In this document: positions 36,401 to 49,480 of the stretch, one piece after another
Numbering within the stretch: position 1 is the stretch's first letter
How the letters are laid out: the number at the start of each line of letters is the position of its first letter
Assembly: GCA_030704615.1 (NCBI GenBank)
Contig: CM060733.1
Span: 73,284,001 to 73,348,000 of the forward strand
Source: Takakia lepidozioides
Taxonomy: Eukaryota > Plantae > Bryophyta
Direction: 5' to 3'
DNA length: 64,000 nt
Made by a program: the position numbers and the translations under genes
Notes under the pieces: model-generated
Told to the model about the DNA's origin: nothing
The model's database searches: none
What the model saw: the letters and a program-made list of their open reading frames with translations, nothing else

Positions 36401-39400
36401 GTGGTTGTCAGGTAATGGGCATTGTGTCCAAAGGAGCTAACTAAGGAGGTCCGGGTGATGTCATTGAACTCCTCTCACTCACCAATGGATAGGCCTCCTG
36501 CCATGCTTGGTGCACACACTCGCCTGCTACTCGATGCAAATTCCCAACTGTACCCCACAGTGGAATATGAACAGGCACATGAGGAAACACATCAGCCTTG
36601 TATGCCAATTGTTTGTCCTCATCAGGTGGTGGTCTATCATCTGCATGGCTATTGCCCTCCAAGAGCTTACCACCCCAAGCCACCACCCCTGAGAATGCAG
36701 CCAATGTGGGCATCATGTTCATATGATCCACCGCTACATTCCCAATAAACCGCACTGGGAGCAGTGCACGTCGACCATCCCTTGACTGCCATTCTGGCCT
36801 ATAGGACGCCGTTTCCTCCCAAAAGTCCAAAGTAACGCCCATTGGGTATAACACAGCCCCACCAACAAGCACATCATAAGACATCGCGTCCGTAACAATG
36901 GCTTTAGCTCTCATGACAGAGCCATTTGTAGGATGATCTGGCTGCAATCGAATGAAGAGCTCATGGCGTGTACTCCCTTGTGCCTTCTCTGAACTACCCT
37001 AAGATGTTTGAATTTGGAAATGACAAGGCTCCAAATCCGCCTCTGTAAGGCCCAAGCCTGCAATTGCTGCTCTCCCCAACAATATCAATGGCTGTGCTCC
37101 CGAGTCCAACAAGACTTGCAGTGGCCTATACCTCCTCCCGGTTGGGCCACCCAATATACACTCCATCCTGATTGTCCACCATGACTACCTCAGGAGTCAC
37201 CATGCTGTGCTCAATGGCTGGCCTAGCTGGCAACTCCTGCAACCTTGCAGCTACCGCTTGCCATGGCACCGCTATGGCTGACTTCACCCTCGAATCCAAA
37301 GCATCCATAGACTGCACCTTATCTGCTATCTCCGCAGATAGTGCCGATGCATCACCACTCTCACAGAGTCTAGCTGCTAGTCTGAACACAGCAGCTGGCC
37401 GAATCCCCGGCATTGCAATGGTCATTTGCAAAAAATGATGGAGCTTGGCAAACCGCCGTAGTGGCCCCCAACAATGTACTGGCTGCACCTTGCTTTGCAG
37501 CACCACCCACTGGCATTTCCCAAGCCACACCAACTCTCCCCAATGACACTCGTGGCTCTACCTCTGACACACTTGGGCGAGCGGGTGTCATTGATGGCGT
37601 AGGTGGCACTGTCTCAGCCAATGTAAAGGACTGTGGAAGCCTTGTCTGCCGATTTGTTTCCCCCATTTGTGGATCAAAATCCACATCCGCTCCTCTTGGC
37701 TCAGGAACACGCGTTGCTGCTTGAGTGACAGCAGCAGCAGAGTCCAATACATGCAATGGCCTTACAAGTGCGGCTCCACACATGAAGCCCATACCAATTT
37801 GATCTTCCCTAGGCATAGGAGGTTGTGCAGGTGGGGCTTGAACCTCAAGCCTTGGAGCTGGCGCAACATGACTAGTGGCCATGGCAGCAAGACGTTGCTC
37901 TGGCTGGGCAAGTCTATCCACCATGCCTTGGTCATGACCTTGACCCTGACCCTGTGCTCCTTGGTTTTGGTTACGACCTCCACCCCGACCTCTGCCTCCT
38001 CTACCTCTCTTGACTACATTGCCTCGTCCTCGGCCACCATTGTTCCCTTGGAACTGGCCTGGCCGTAGCTCAGGATGCAAGCCATAACAATGGGCCTCCT
38101 CATGCCCATACTTTCCACAATGCCCATACTGTAGTTATGTAGGCTGTGCCTGTGCCGGCCCTTTGCCTCTCTCCCGGCAATCCTTCTTGACATGGGATCC
38201 TCCACAATCCCAACAAGTTACACCCGATTGTTGTTGGCCTGAGAATGAAGGAAGAGACCTCTGCATCTGAGATCCTCTCTGTCCTTCCCTCGGCTTCACC
38301 TGAGCCCCCTTGTTGCCTTGAACACGTTGGGATAGTGGTTGTTGTTGGCTAGGAGCCCTACTTCGTTGTGTCTCCTTCCCAAACCCCACCATAACCACTC
38401 GCTCCTCCACCTTATTGAGCCCTATCCGCTCTACCAGCAAAAATACATTTGCTAAGGTGGGTTGGTCCACTTGTAGGAGAGTTGCATCCCGCACCCTTCT
38501 CCTCACTTCCTTGTCTAGGATCCCATACCAGAACTGGACTGCCTGAGCTTCTGTAACCCCTTGGTTTACGTTTACCAAGCGTCTCATGCGAGTGTAAGCC
38601 TCCCTCAAACTCTCAGTAGACCTTTGTTGGAACTCTTGCAAGCTCCGCAACTTCTCTGTCCTTATCCCTTGGTAGTTTCTCCTCAACTCCTCGAAGAACT
38701 CCACAACTGGGTTAAAGACAGGCACGGGTGCTGGTGCTGCAGCAGGAGCTTGAGTGGATTTCCCAGCTCCTGTACCACTTGTCCCACTACTAGTGCTTGC
38801 AGTTGGAAATGTTTGTGTAGCTGCTGGTGTCGCCGCTGCCCTTGTGCCTCTAGTGATGGAGACATAGTTAGGTGACCAATATTCTCGCTACTCCTCAATC
38901 TCCACCGCATGTCCCCGCCTAAATTCATGGTAATCATCCATGGGCGGCCCCTCAAGGTGCTGGAATAGCCCCTTCCACGCCATAAAGGGCGTAAATAGTT
39001 GTGGATTGCGCATTTGCTGCAAATCACACCAATTGTCAAACTCTTGTATGAAGTCATCAAGCTCAATGTGCCCACAGCTTCAGAGTACCTACGTGGCCCC
39101 TTGGTAGCTCCATATATCTCCTCCATCGTGTCCCACAACAATGGCATGGAAATGACTTGCACCCTTGACGAGAATCCTCCTGACTCCGAGTCTAAGCCTT
39201 CCTCAGAAGACACTGAAGGTGAAGATGGCCTGAACCGCACACCTCGTCTTGTGTACCCACTAGTATCGCTGGTGTTCGTACCAGCACTCCCCTCAGCAAC
39301 TAGTGGCACCTCCATGATGAAAACTCACAACCCTGGTTGTCAAGCTGTCTCTAATCCCCACTTTCCACAAGGTAACCGGGTAGAGAACCTGTTGCGGCTA

Positions 39401-39899
39401 CTGGTTCAAACAGGAATAATAGGTTTCTAACGTAGACTTGTACCTGCACCTGCATCCACCGCAAGCACTCCTATGGTCTGCTGGTCATCAACCCAGCCTC
39501 ACTATAGAAGAAACGCTGGTGGTCTTGCTGGTCATCACTCCAGCCTCACCACCGACAACATACTCTAGGATTGGCCGGTGATCAAATCCGGACCAACCTC
39601 CTATGAAAACAAGCGCCCACACAAAGCTAACATGGCGCACAGTCAAGCATGCAGGTGTGGAGGGGATGCAAACACAAGAAAATCAAGACAGCAACTCCCC
39701 CACACCAAAAACACTCCACGGTGTCGCTCCTGCAAGGACACCCCATCCCAAAGCCGGACTGACTCTTGCCTCCACCTACGGAAAGGTTTTGGCCTACAGA
39801 GAGGGTGAAAGACTATGGGGAAGAGAAACTAAAGCAATTCCTAACCCCAGAATGCTCTCATCCCACCACTCTCCCTCCTGTCTCGCATTGACGTGACCG

Positions 39900-40206
39900 G
39901 GCTTCACCCCTTCCCCCATCATTTGCTCATAGGTCTCCAAAGCCTCCATCCCATGTTCCTGCTGTGCATACCCTGCAAGCATCGCACTCCACGACACCAC
40001 ATCTCGTTCAGCCATAGTGTTGACCACTCCCTTTGCATCCTCGATGCACCCACATTTTGCAAACATGTCTACCAGGGTATTGTTCAAAATGACATTTGGT
40101 ACAATTCCAGCTCTAAAGTTGTCGCCATGGACCTCTTTCCCCTCTTCCAGAGCTGCCAGGGCAGTGTTCAGAATGACATTTGGTACAAATCCAGCTTTGA
40201 ACAAGG
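39900..40206 (-). pseudogene. PLS-class pentatricopeptide repeat gene fragment
   Basis: NTLVDMFAKCGCIEDA..ERDVVSWSAMLAGYAQQEHGMEALETYEQMMGEGVKP. Confidence 0.85.
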
Positions 40207-41126
40207 CACGGCCTGCTAAGACCAAGCTGACTCTCTCTCTTGCATCAACGAGGTAACTTACAGAATTCAATATGCATATCAGGGCCGAGTCTGATAAGAG
40301 GGCAAAACAAGCTGAAATAGGTTGAAGAAGAAGGTGCCCTCACCACATTGTCCATGACCTTGTGTCATGACCCATGGAGGATTTGACTGACCATGAACCC
40401 AAGAGGACTTGTTGTGTGTGCTGCTTGTGTCTGTAGTCAGGTAATGTCAGATTGGTCTATGAGATCCACCATGGTGCAGCTGAGCGGGTAGAGATTGAAA
40501 CACGGCCTGCTAAGACCAAGATGACTTTGTCTCTTGCACTAACGAGCTAACTTACAGAATTCAATATGCATATCAGGGCCGAGTCTGATAAGAGGAAAAA
40601 ATAGGCTGAAATAGGTTGAAGAAGAAGGTGCCCTCACGGCCTGCTAAGACCAAGTTGACTCTCCCTCTTGCACCAACGAGCTAACTTACAGAATTCAATA
40701 TGCATATCAAGGCCGAGTCTGATAAGAGGGCAAAACAGGCTGAAATAGGTTGGAGAAGAAGGTGCCCTCACGGCCTGCTAAGACCAAGCTGACTCTCTCT
40801 CTTGCACCAACGAGGTAACTTACAGAATTCAATATGCATATCAAGGCCGAGTCTAATAAGAGGGCAAAACAGGCTGGAATAGGTTGAAGAAGAAGGTGCC
40901 CTCACCACATTGTCCTCGACCTTGTGTCATGACCGATGGAGGATTTGACTGACCATGAACCCAAGAGGACCTGTTGTGTGTGCTGCTTGTGTCTGTAGTC
41001 AGGTAATGTCGGATTGGTCTGTGAAACCACCACGGTGCAGCTGAGCGGCAAAAGATTGAATCACGGCCTGCTAAGACCAAGATGACTCTCTCTCTTGCAC
41101 TAACGAGCTAACTTACAGAATTCAAC
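40207..41126. repeat. Tandem repeat (134-bp unit, with two longer ~294-bp variants)
   Basis: CACGGCCTGCTAAGACCAAG at about 40207, 40501, 40635, 40769 and 41062. Confidence 0.9.
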
Positions 41127-41150
41127 CTGAAAATTTAGGGATGACTTTGA

Positions 41151-42155
41151 TGTCATGGTTTTAGTCATGGTTATCTAGAATTACCTACTTCTAGTTAACT
41201 AGGACATTTTGGATATTTATATTTATATTTTGTGTGTTGGGACTTCATTGGGTCTCACATGCCAAGTGAGGTGTCGAGCCTCATTTGGGACATGGGGATA
41301 GGTTTTCCCCTTGTGAGGATGGAGGAGGCTCATCTTCTTGTAGTTGAGCCTCCATGAGCTTCTCTCACCTCCATAGCTCTAGGTATTGAGAGGGAGTGTG
41401 TTGAGGGCTTTGTAGGGTGGATTCCCTTAGCAAGGGTGCCATTGGCTTGACTTAGTTTATGTGATAGAGTGGATTTCACTTGGAAGGACTAGGCCTTGTT
41501 CTTAGTGTGATTGCTTCATGCTTTGAGAGTTTTCATTGTCTTCCAATTCTCTCATTTCTCATCTCTTATCACTACAAGAAGTTCACCTTATGCTTGTGAG
41601 TGCGGAGTGTAAGGATTAGTTTTGCACTTGTATGTTAAAGAGGTTGAGAGCTAGGAGAATTTAGCTCTTGTATCACAAGGCTTGCAAGGGGTTGCAAGGA
41701 AAGGTGCTCGAGTGTTGCATGCACCAAGGAGTTGGAGAGCTTGAGAAGAAAGCTCTTGAGTCACAAGATTTTGCAAGGATTGCAAAGAGGAAGTCTTGTG
41801 TGTGTGGAAGCATGGATTCTAGGGTTTTTGTATGCATTATGGAGTCAATGGTGTACACCATGGCTTGTGGAGAGTGACTAAAGGCTTGTTAGTGCTCATT
41901 TCACTATCAAGCCAGGGTTAAGCAAGTTCAAAGTGTGGATGTTGTGGAAAAGAAGCCAAAGAGCTACATAGGCTTTGGGCTTGAAGACAACAAGGGCAAG
42001 TACTTGGAGAGTACTAAGAAGCTCAAGAGGTTTTGAAAGGGAGCATGTGAAGAAATCTTCCAATCATGGTGGTGTGGAGCCAAGCTTAGGGCGCCATTGG
42101 AATGGCTTGGAGAACATATGGTGGGAAATCCTTGAAGGGAAATCATCAGGATTTT
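41151..42155 (+). mobile_element. Truncated LTR fragment, homologous to the LTR starting at 45361
   Basis: Both begin TGTCATGGTTTTA and align over several hundred bp (GGGACTTCATT..GCCAAGTGAGGTG..CCATTGGCTTGACTTA). Confidence 0.65.
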
Positions 42156-42159
42156 GATT

Positions 42160-42635
42160 TGTTCCTCCAGAGGTTATGAGCAGTGTCCACGGCGAATGGG
42201 ACAGCCGTGCGGAAGATTGCAATAACCTCGATCCGGACACATACGCCACGAAAAGATGAGACAGAGTCTTCCGGTGGAAAAAACGGTCAGCCCTCGCACG
42301 GAAGAAAATTGATTTAGCACCATCTTTAAAGGCCACGATGCAATCGTTCAAAGATGTTCCCCGCCCTGGAATTGGGCGTGTGTGTGCACACGGGATCAGC
42401 CAAAGCAGGGGAGGTGTACAATGTTTGCATCTCTAGAAATCCAGAGTGCACCTGCCCTGACTTTGACAACATGAAAAGTGCAAAAGGACCTTACACCCAC
42501 TGCAAGCACATTTACTACATTATGTTGCGCTGTTTGAAGATGCGGGAAGACCAGGAGATGATAGATCACGCTTCTCTCATAGTAAATGAGGCTAAGGAAA
42601 TGTTAGTTCGTGACCCATGTCCTTGGGTCCCATAG
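42160..42635 (+). pseudogene. 3' fragment of a MULE transposase with SWIM finger
   Basis: GEVYNVCISRNPECTCPDF..YTHCKHIYYIML..IVNEAKEMLVRDP. Confidence 0.8.
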
Positions 42636-42779
42636 TGACCCCAAAGATATCTTGGTCTCTTCAGATCCATTTTTGTGACGCTGTATTGTTTTCTGCGATC
42701 TGTGAACCTCATGCATGCTGAAATGCCTTGAACATTGTTTTCTAACGGTCTTTATTAAACTGCAACACGAAAAGTTTGT

Positions 42780-44725
42780 TTCGCCGGATCTGTCGCATTA
42801 TCACACAATTGGAATCTCGTGGTCCGTGCCGACTATAACGTGAATGATCTCTTATTGGAATTGTTCCGTTGACCTGCAATATTGTTTCAGGTAGAGTTTG
42901 TACCCCATGCATGATTTCATGGTCAGGGGCACGCTCACATGAGCTCAACATCATTTTCCAACAGACATTTTTTCAACTCACACATAAGGTATGTTTTTCT
43001 ACATCTGTCGCATTATCACACATTTGGAATCCTTGTAGTCTGTGCCGACTACAACGTGGATTAGCTAAAAATTAAGTTGGCCATATTTAGTTGACCTGTG
43101 TGCTCATATGAGCTGAGCATCATTTGCCAACATGTAAGAGTGAAATGGCATTGGTCCCCGACATTATCACACATTTGGAATCCTTGTAGTCTGTGCCGAC
43201 TACAACATGGATTACCTAAAAATTTGGTTGGCCATATTTAGTTGACCTGTGTGCTCACATGAGCTGAGCATCACTTACCAACATGTACGAGTAAAACGGC
43301 ATTGGTCTTCGACATTATCACACATTTGGAATCGTGGTAGTTTGTGCCGACTACAACGTGGATTAGCTCTAGGTTGGAATTATTTAGTTGACCTGTGTGC
43401 TGACATGATGCCGGATCTCTCTCACTATCACACAACTGGAATCCTTTTAGTCTGTGCCGACTAAACCGTGGATGAGCTCTAGGTTGGGATCTTGGGTACT
43501 TCGCCAAATGTGTAGTCGATAGTTGTTTGTTTAATGTATGTACTCCGATTCATGGAACTGAAGAATGTGAAGTCGTTGCCGACTTCAAGATCTCCAACCA
43601 CAGCGAGACAACCCCTTCCAGCTACCTAAATGTGAGGATCGTTTAACAGTCAACTCAGCCTTCATTTCATAGAAGCTGGCGTACAATGACTCCACAACTT
43701 GACATTTCAGGTAGGCAATACACAAAGAGCCAAAATTACATTTGAACTATGGTTGTGGCACAAACATGAGAACCATGAGGTCACAATCACTTCTATGACA
43801 TGGCACATGTCCAACTTACAGACCCAGAAAAAATTCAATCGTCTTCTTTCCTACATAAGCTAAGTAGTCTGTTTTCCGAGGCATACTTTTTATAAAGCCT
43901 CCGAAACGATCAAAAACAATTTTAATTTTTCAACTACCTCTGTGTTAGGGATTGCATAGTAGCTCACATGAGCATTGTCTTTTGCTCTGTAACATTCACT
44001 GTTGTAGCTCGTTTCACATGTGTATGCTGCCTTTGCGTGTTCGCAACTGAATGCCATTACTGTACCGACTATCCACTATGGGTATTCAGCTCGTATGAGC
44101 ATACGACCTTATGCTGACATTTTAACTTAACTGGACTTCCCATTTGAATCCCAGGGGTTTATCCAATACAATAAATTACAGTTGAATATCGAGTCTGTAA
44201 AGTCGTTGCCGACTTACGGATTTGTGACCTGCTCGAGCAATGCCCAAACACCAACAAATTGTTGGAATGCGAATCTCTGGAGCTTATGACTAAAGGAGCT
44301 AATGATTTTCGATTGCCACTCAAACACAAAGAGGACTTTCACATAAACACTCCACAAGCTCATTCCAATGTTGCTGTTTTGGGATATCATCTTGCTTGCT
44401 CTCACTTCTTGGGATAGTAGAGCTTTCTCCTACCTCCTTATGTTCGACGACAGCTCTAACTATTGGTACAGTATGGATGGATCCAAAATACATTGACGTT
44501 ATGCTGTTTTTAAAGTCGTTGCCGACTTCAATATGACATTTGTTATCTCAAACTGATGACGTCGATGCTTGATGCGCTCTGTAAAGTCGGTGCCGACTTC
44601 AGTGCGTTTGAGTTACCCGAGCCCAGACTATCTTTATACCTCTTAAGAAATTTGGACCCAAACAACAACACGTTACAGAAGTAGGATTGCTATTTATTTC
44701 TGCAAGTCGTTGCCGACTTCAAACT
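42780..44725. repeat. About 151-bp tandem units plus dispersed quasi-palindromes AGTC(G/T)(G/T)TGCCGACT
   Basis: TGTAGTCTGTGCCGACTACA at about 43034 and 43185, variants at 43336 and 43446. AAGTCGTTGCCGACTT at about 43570, 44200, 44514 and 44704. AAGTCGGTGCCGACTT at 44584. Confidence 0.75.
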
Positions 44726-44797
44726 ACATTCCCTCTTTAGGCCACTGCTGTGTCATCAAAGACATATCGCTTGTCTGTCTGGCCTATCTACATTGTC

Positions 44798-45241
44798 TCA
44801 CATCCTATGCCGGCAAACTGAGCATGACCCATTTCGCCGTAGCCACCTGTCAATGCATGGAGTGCGAAAGGAGTGGCTGCACTCACTCAGAATGCGGACA
44901 GAGTCTCCAACTACTGGACACTCTAGGCAGATGGTGTAGTTTTCGTGTAGTGCAAGAGCTATTTCCCCCGCAAGAACGAACTCCAGGGATTGCTCTTGAA
45001 CAGTTTCCATGTTTGCCCCATTCCACTGCAAATCCTCCACTTCATCAACCTCGATCTCCTCACCTTCTTCATCAATCTCCATCTGCTCAGCTTCATCATC
45101 ACCCTCTTTGTCTAATCGGTTATGTCGTCCCCAGCTGAAGGAGCGTTCCCATTCTTGAGACTGCAGAAGCAACATTGCTTCCTGATGTTCCTGCCTGGCA
45201 ACGCACTCGGCGATATCGTCCAGAAATGGAGTCCACCACAA
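44798..45241 (-). pseudogene. Acidic protein with degenerate RING-H2 finger
   Basis: YTICLE...VRILSECSHSFRTPCIDRWL..NGSCSVCR; the first Cys and second His are substituted. Confidence 0.7.
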
Positions 45242-45360
45242 CTCCTGCCCTCCCCATTGCCCTAGACACCACGACTATTGTTGCCTGCATTAGAACTGGG
45301 TGCGTCCTTCTTAGCTAAACAGGGAATGTCCTACAACACAGTGGATTCTCAGAAGCAAGA

Positions 45361-48300
45361 TGTCATGGTTTTATTTGTGATTAGTTAGACATAGTTATTT
45401 CTAGGTAATGAAGACATTATACATTTATATTTGTATTTTGTTGGCATTGGGACTTCATTTGGTTCCATGTGCCAAGTGAGGTGGCGAACCTCACTTGGGA
45501 CGTGGGGATGTTATCTCCACGTGAGACGTAGGCAGGCTCGTCTTCTTCTAGTCGAGCCTCCCGAGGCCTCTCTTGTCGCCATAGCTCTAGTACTTGAGAT
45601 GGAGAGTGGGTGAGGTCTGTATGGTGGAGTGCTTTAGCAAAGGTACCATTGGCTTGACTTATATAACGTGATAGAGTGGTTTCTCATCTTTTCACCATTT
45701 CCGTATCACTACAAAAAGACCTGCTTACATCGATGAGTGCAAAGTGTTAGCATAGTTAGCACTTGTGTGAAAGAGAGCTTGGTAGATAGCTTTTAAGTTA
45801 TAAGGTATTGCAGGGTTTGCAAGAAGAAAGCCTTGTGGTGTTTATGCACAAGAGGAGGTCTTCAAGGAGAGCCCCATTGAAAAGTTTGAGAGCTTGTGAA
45901 GAAGCTCTTGTTCTGCAAGTGTTGCAGGGTTTGAGGAGTTCAAGAAGAGCTCGGGTGTTAAGGGAGCAAGCGGTGTATGTGTGGAGTATGGTTTCAGCTT
46001 GTGGGAGTCTTCAACTTCAAGCTTAGGAGAGCTATGAGTGGAGGTAGACATCTGATTTCTCTTTGGGGCAGAATAGTGTATTTGTAGAGCATGCTTTGAG
46101 TTGGGGTTTCAATCCCAAGCTTGGGAAGAGCATGTCTATGGAAGTGGCAAGTGTAGGGATGGATTAGGAGCTCTAAGAGGTGCACTATTGCCATAGAAGA
46201 AAGCACTATGAGTGCATGCTATGGATAGAAGAGGGTATGCCATAGAAAGCTCAATAACTTGTTCTATTCTTGTTTCAATAACTTCCATAGAGAAAGAGAG
46301 CTTGTTGTGTGCCAAATAGCTTGCTTAGGGAGTTAGAGGCACTCTTGGCGGTCTATTGATGCTCAAGAAACCAAAGAACAGCACCTCTGGTTGCTCCATA
46401 GAAGCCATAGCTCGTTGTAGCAATCGCAGAGGCAAAGCGGCGCAAACCCTAGCTTGGGAACGCGTGGGAATTCATGGGAACGCATGGGAACATTGCCCCA
46501 GAGTTGGGAGCACCACCATTGTTCCATCGGATGAACTATTGAGCCAGTGGATGAAAATTGGCGTTCCTGGATGAGAATCGGTTGAAATGGATGAAACTGC
46601 GCCATCGGATGAACTATCGCGCTCTTGGATGAAAAATCACGACGACGGATGAAACTTTGTCAGCAGATGAACTATCGTGCCATCGGATGAAAAATCGCAG
46701 CGACGGATGAAACTGCGTCAGCAGATGAAATATCACGCCTGATGTCGTGGCAGATGAAATATCGGACCTACGGATGAGAAATCATAGTTTTGGATGAGAT
46801 TTGGTCAGCGACGGATGAAAAATGGACAATGTGGATATTTTGGAGCTTATGGGGTTGTTTGAGGACTATTTGGGGTCTATTGAGGCCAATATCTTGTAGG
46901 TATTGGGGCCTGCTTTGAGGACTATTTGGGGTCTATTGAGGCCAATATCTTGCAGGTATTGGGGCCTGTTTTGAGGACTATTTGGGGTCTATTGAGGCCA
47001 ATATCTTGCAGGTATTGGGGCCTGCTTGAGGACTATTTGGGGTCTATTGAGGCCAATATCTTACAGGTATTGGGGCTTGGTTGGAGGACAATTGGAGGTC
47101 CTTGGATGCCCATATTGGGCAGGCTTATGGAGTTTTCTAAGAGCTCTTTGGAGGACGATTGGAGGTCTTGGGGGCAAATACTTGGCAGATTTGAGGAGTT
47201 TCTTAAGGGCTGTGGAGACTATGGAGTCCTTGGAGGCCAATACTTGGCAGATTTGAGGAGCTTCTTAAGGGCTGTTGGAGGACTATTGGAGGTCCTTGGA
47301 GGCCAATACTTGACAGATTTGTGGAGCTTCTTAAGGGCTGTTTGGAGGACTCTTGGAGGTCCTTGGAGGCCATATGGGCAGGCTTCTGGAGCCATTGTGA
47401 GGGCTGGTTGGAGACCTTGGAGGCCACTAATTGGCGGGCGCCTAGGGCTTTTTGGTGGACTGTTTGGAGTCCAAGTTTGCGAACTTCTTGAACCTCGGTG
47501 GGTCTATGTGAGGGGCTGATTGAGGGCAGATTTCATAAGTTCATGGCAATAATTTGAGGGCTCTTGAGAGTTATTTGAGAGGTTCTTTAAGGATAGTCTT
47601 ATCTATTGCTTGAGCAAGAGTGAGTATGAAGATAAGGGGAGTAATAGGATGAGAGCATTCTGGGCTTAGAGATTGCTTTAGCTTCCATTCTCTATAGCCT
47701 TCCATCATTCTTGTAGGCCAAAGCTTTTCCGTAAGTGGAGGCAGAGCTAGTTTGGATAGAGACTTGGCCATCTTGCAGGTTTATTGAAGCCGCAAAGAGA
47801 TCGATTGATTTAAGTTGTGGGAGGTGTTGTTGTTTGAGTTTCCTGTGTTTGGATCCTCCTCCCACACATGCATGCTTGACTGTGCGCCATGCTAGTTTGG
47901 TTTGGGCGCTTGCTTTTATAGGTGGTTGTGCCGGAAATATTGTGGCCGGCCAATCTTAGAGCGTGCTGTCGGTGGTGAGGCTAGGGTGATGACCAGCAGA
48001 CCATCATTGTTTCTCTTATGGTGAGGCTGGGTTGATGACCAACAGACCATAGGAGTGCCTGCGGTGGATGCAGGTGCAGGTGCAGGTTCAAAATATGAAC
48101 CTAGTATTCCAAACCATAAGCCGCAACAGTTCTTCTACCCGGTTACCTTGTAGAAAGGGGGTTTAGAGACAGGTTGATAGCTGGTTTGAGTGTGAGTTTT
48201 CATCACGGAGGTGCCACCAGTTGCTGAGGAGAGTGCCGGTACGAGCACCAGCGATACTAGTGGGTATACAAAATGAGGTGTGCGGTTTATGCCACCTTCA

Positions 48301-48554
48301 CCTTCAGTGTCTTCTGAAGAAGGTTCAGACTCAGAGTTAGGAGGATTCTCGCCGAGGGTGCAAGCGATTTCCATGTCATTGTTGTGGGATACGATGGAGG
48401 AAATGTATGGAGCTACCAAGGGGCCACGTCGGTAACTCGGAGCTGTGGGCACCATTGAGCTTGATGATTTCATACAGGAGTTTGATGGTTGGTATGATTT
48501 GCAGCAGATGCGCAATCCACAAGTGTTTATGTCTTTTATGGCATGGAAGGGGTT
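45361..48554 (+). mobile_element. 5' LTR (about 2.6 kb, with internal tandem repeats) and gag start of a D1-family Gypsy, truncated by D2
   Basis: 47780-48554 is the reverse-complement homologue of 38970-39720 (D1 LTR end, leader, gag start). 56-bp tandem GAGGACTATTTGGGGTCTATTGAGGCC at 46861-47070. Confidence 0.75.
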
Positions 48555-49331
48555 TGTCGTGCGCATACATATCGCTACACAACTACATCGCTGTCCAAAC
48601 CACACCACACATATATGCACATAAAGTAGTCTACCACAATGATAAGAAACTCAAAACACACTGTTCACACAAAATATGAAATCCATCAACATCACTCTTT
48701 AATATAATAGTCGAGCCAGGGGCACCCCAAGCTATGGGGACTCCACCCCACAACAACCTATACCCCTACATAAAGCACACCTCAGATTCTAAAGCATGAA
48801 GAGCTCGGTCGCGCAGGCTCAACTCGAGAGAGAGAGCCGCGCGACTGCCGCTCTCGTGAGAATAAGACGGACCAGGTGTCAAACTAAACTTGACACCTGA
48901 TTTTAACACTTGACCTAAATCCAAGTGTTAAATACAAATAACTAGTTTATGCTAGCTGTTTTCAGCACTGTGCTTATTTAACTTGACAGCTGTCGTGCGC
49001 ATACATATCGCTACACAACTACATCGCTGTCCAAACCACACACACATATATGCACAATAAAGTAGTCTACCACAATCGCCCCCTAGCTGGTGGATAGGTC
49101 CCTCTACTTCCAGATAGCTACAAGACGTAATAGCCATAGCCGTACTAAGTCCTCTATCACTGTCCTATCGTACTCAAACTCTATAGACCAAGAGGCCGGG
49201 TACAAGAGTAGCCCCATCGTTAGTCGCCGTCTTGCAATCTGTGAACTTGAGCCAGGACTTCCTGTATTCAAGGTCCCCTGTAGCTGGGCCTTGCGTTGCT
49301 TGTTAGCCTCCCATGGTTGTATCCACTCCCA

Positions 49332-49480
49332 CTATCCAATGCATTGTGGACATAACCAATCCCCATCTGGAACCATCTCAAGAGGTGGAGTCAAGCACCC
49401 ATATGCCAACCTCTAGAGCATCGATCACACACCAGCATGGTGGCTGCCCCTTTAGCAGACCCACACAACATGCACCTCAA
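49332..49480 (-). CDS. PHD finger at the integrase C-terminus
   Basis: Manual translation: CMLCGSAKGAATMLVCDRCSRGWHMGCLTPPLEMVPDGDWLCPQC (C4HC3). Confidence 0.9.

Larger units (their letters stand above)
33935..39897 (-). mobile_element. Ty3/Gypsy element D1 carrying a C5 DNA methyltransferase (LTR end about 39579-39897, gag, protease, DNMT, RT; truncated by G1)
   Basis: gag 38135-38725 with CWDCGGSHVKKDC. Protease LLDSGAQP near 37100. DNMT 35400-36383. RT 33945-34925 with LPFGLKNAP and CYIDDII. Confidence 0.85.

Noticed and set aside
41570-45716. CACTACAA at 41570 and 45707 as CACTA termini
   Set aside because: Both lie at homologous internal positions of related LTRs, in the same orientation, with no matching TIR.
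46926-47519. 197-aa ORF
   Set aside because: It derives from 56-bp and related tandem repeats inside an LTR.
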